Origin: Octopus bimaculoides
Taxonomy: Eukaryota
Reading direction: 5' to 3'
DNA length: 64,000 nucleotides
Assembly: GCF_001194135.2 (NCBI RefSeq)
Contig: NC_068995.1
Location: 43,040,440-43,104,439 of the forward strand
In this document: positions 62,499 through 64,000 of the stretch, one piece after another
Layout: each line of letters opens with the position of its first letter
Position numbering within the stretch: the first letter of the stretch is position 1
The notes under the pieces: model-generated
Told to the model about the DNA's origin: nothing
Databases searched by the model: none
The model's input: only the letters and a program-made list of their open reading frames with translations
Made by a program: the position numbers and the translations under genes

Positions 62499-64000
62499 TT
62501 CAATACGTATCATTATTGCTCAATTATTTCATTTCACCCACATTTCTAACATAATTCCTTTTCTTCTAATTGATTCGATATGTTTGCAAAACCTGCATTT
62601 CTGTACAGTTCTATTTCTTTTACGAGGATTTACTGCAGGACACATTATAGCCAAATAAAGATAAAAAAGCAAATTAATATATAAATATCTAAAACTGCTT
62701 TCTTTATTTTCCAAGTTTCTTATTGACGTAAAAAGACAGTTATATAAAAATTTCTGTGATTTAAGTGTAGAAACAAACAAGATATTTAAAAAAGCACCAG
62801 AATGCTGTTAAATTTAACTGATATTCATGCAGAAAAGTCGCTGAAAGCATTTTTATTTTAATAATTCAATATAGAATTAATTACGTCAAAATAATATCAA
62901 ATATTTTAGTGAAACATAAAATACAGAATTATAAATTTACTGGCCATGAGAAAAATCTATTTTATTAAAACAAATGACATGTACCCAACATCAGCATAAG
63001 TGTGTAAAATATTTGTTATTGCTTTGAAAGATTAAAAAAAAAAACGAAATAAACTCAATTATTTTGCAAAACAATTTTAATAATATTAGTAAATAATTTT
63101 ATATTTTATGAAAACCTATGGCGTCTTTCATCTATATTTCTTATTAGCAATGTAGGAATAATCTTCACTTAGTTATCAAAGCAGTGGTGATTAAATATGT
63201 GTTATCTTTAGTGATTAAATGAGTGTACGAAAAACTGAATGAAAGATATGACTGTAGTCGTACAAAAAATTGACTGACAGACAGATAGATGGACTCTTAC
63301 ATAGATGTATATATATATATACATATATAGCGAGAGAGAGAGAAAGAAAGAGTTTCATACATACATACATACATGCATACATATATAACCGTCTCGATAT
63401 TTGCTTATTCCCGACGTCAATTTCGAGGAATTGTCTCAGTTTATAGCTCTCGAATATCAATAACCTTTTTAAATATATTTTGCTATATAACATACAGTTA
63501 TCTGCATTCCAAACTCTCACTTATCTGTTGCCTATATATGTACATATATATATATATTTATATATAAGTGCAGAAAAAAATGTTTCAGTACAATCAAAGC
63601 CTTCTTTTGCGTAACTATCGCTCATTTAAATTATTCTCTTTACCCTACTGCAGTTACCTGCATTAAAAATGCATGTATCAATATTTTTCTAAACAACTAT
63701 CACGTGAAATCTTCAAGTTGTACTCATTCATACACTGTGTCATACCACTCACTTTTCACAACCTTATGGTTATATTTTGTTTTTAAATTCCTCGTTACAC
63801 TTGTTGGGGTGTGGAATAAAATCGTATTCTATTTCTAACTTTGAAATATGTACAGAAATTTCTAAGGCTACAAGCAATATCATCTGGAATGAAATAAAAG
63901 AGTTCATATATTTTTAAGTACATTTTTCTAGTATAAACATGCTGAAAAATATTCTGTACTTTAAAAATACTAGCGCAATATATATATATATATATATATA

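Overview
AT-rich, microsatellite-dense eukaryotic draft-assembly DNA with nine N-gaps. The SINE families and repeat landscape look like octopod (Octopus) genomic DNA; this is recognition from memory, not a database result. I could not identify any host protein-coding gene, so the window reads as intergenic or deep intronic. Most ORFs in the track are artefacts of (TA)n/(CA)n repeats or N-gaps, and the protein-like ones belong to decayed transposons. These are: an internally deleted Ty3/Gypsy (K02A2.6/Mag-like) LTR element with both LTRs and a PBS (about 35.3-38.1 kb); four to five fragments of R4/Dong-like non-LTR elements with a restriction-like endonuclease, one with a clean 19-bp target-site duplication; two RTE LINE 3' ends; Penelope-like pieces with hammerhead-like terminal motifs; three Tc1/mariner derivatives; and many tRNA-derived SINEs. 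I found no convincing novel multi-gene system. The best leads are a perfect 28-bp hairpin (59533-59595), non-canonical hammerhead-like motifs in Penelope termini, microsatellite-targeted nested retroposition, an unclassified MITE-like element, and a CpG/E-box-rich unique block beside a 90-bp palindromic microsatellite.
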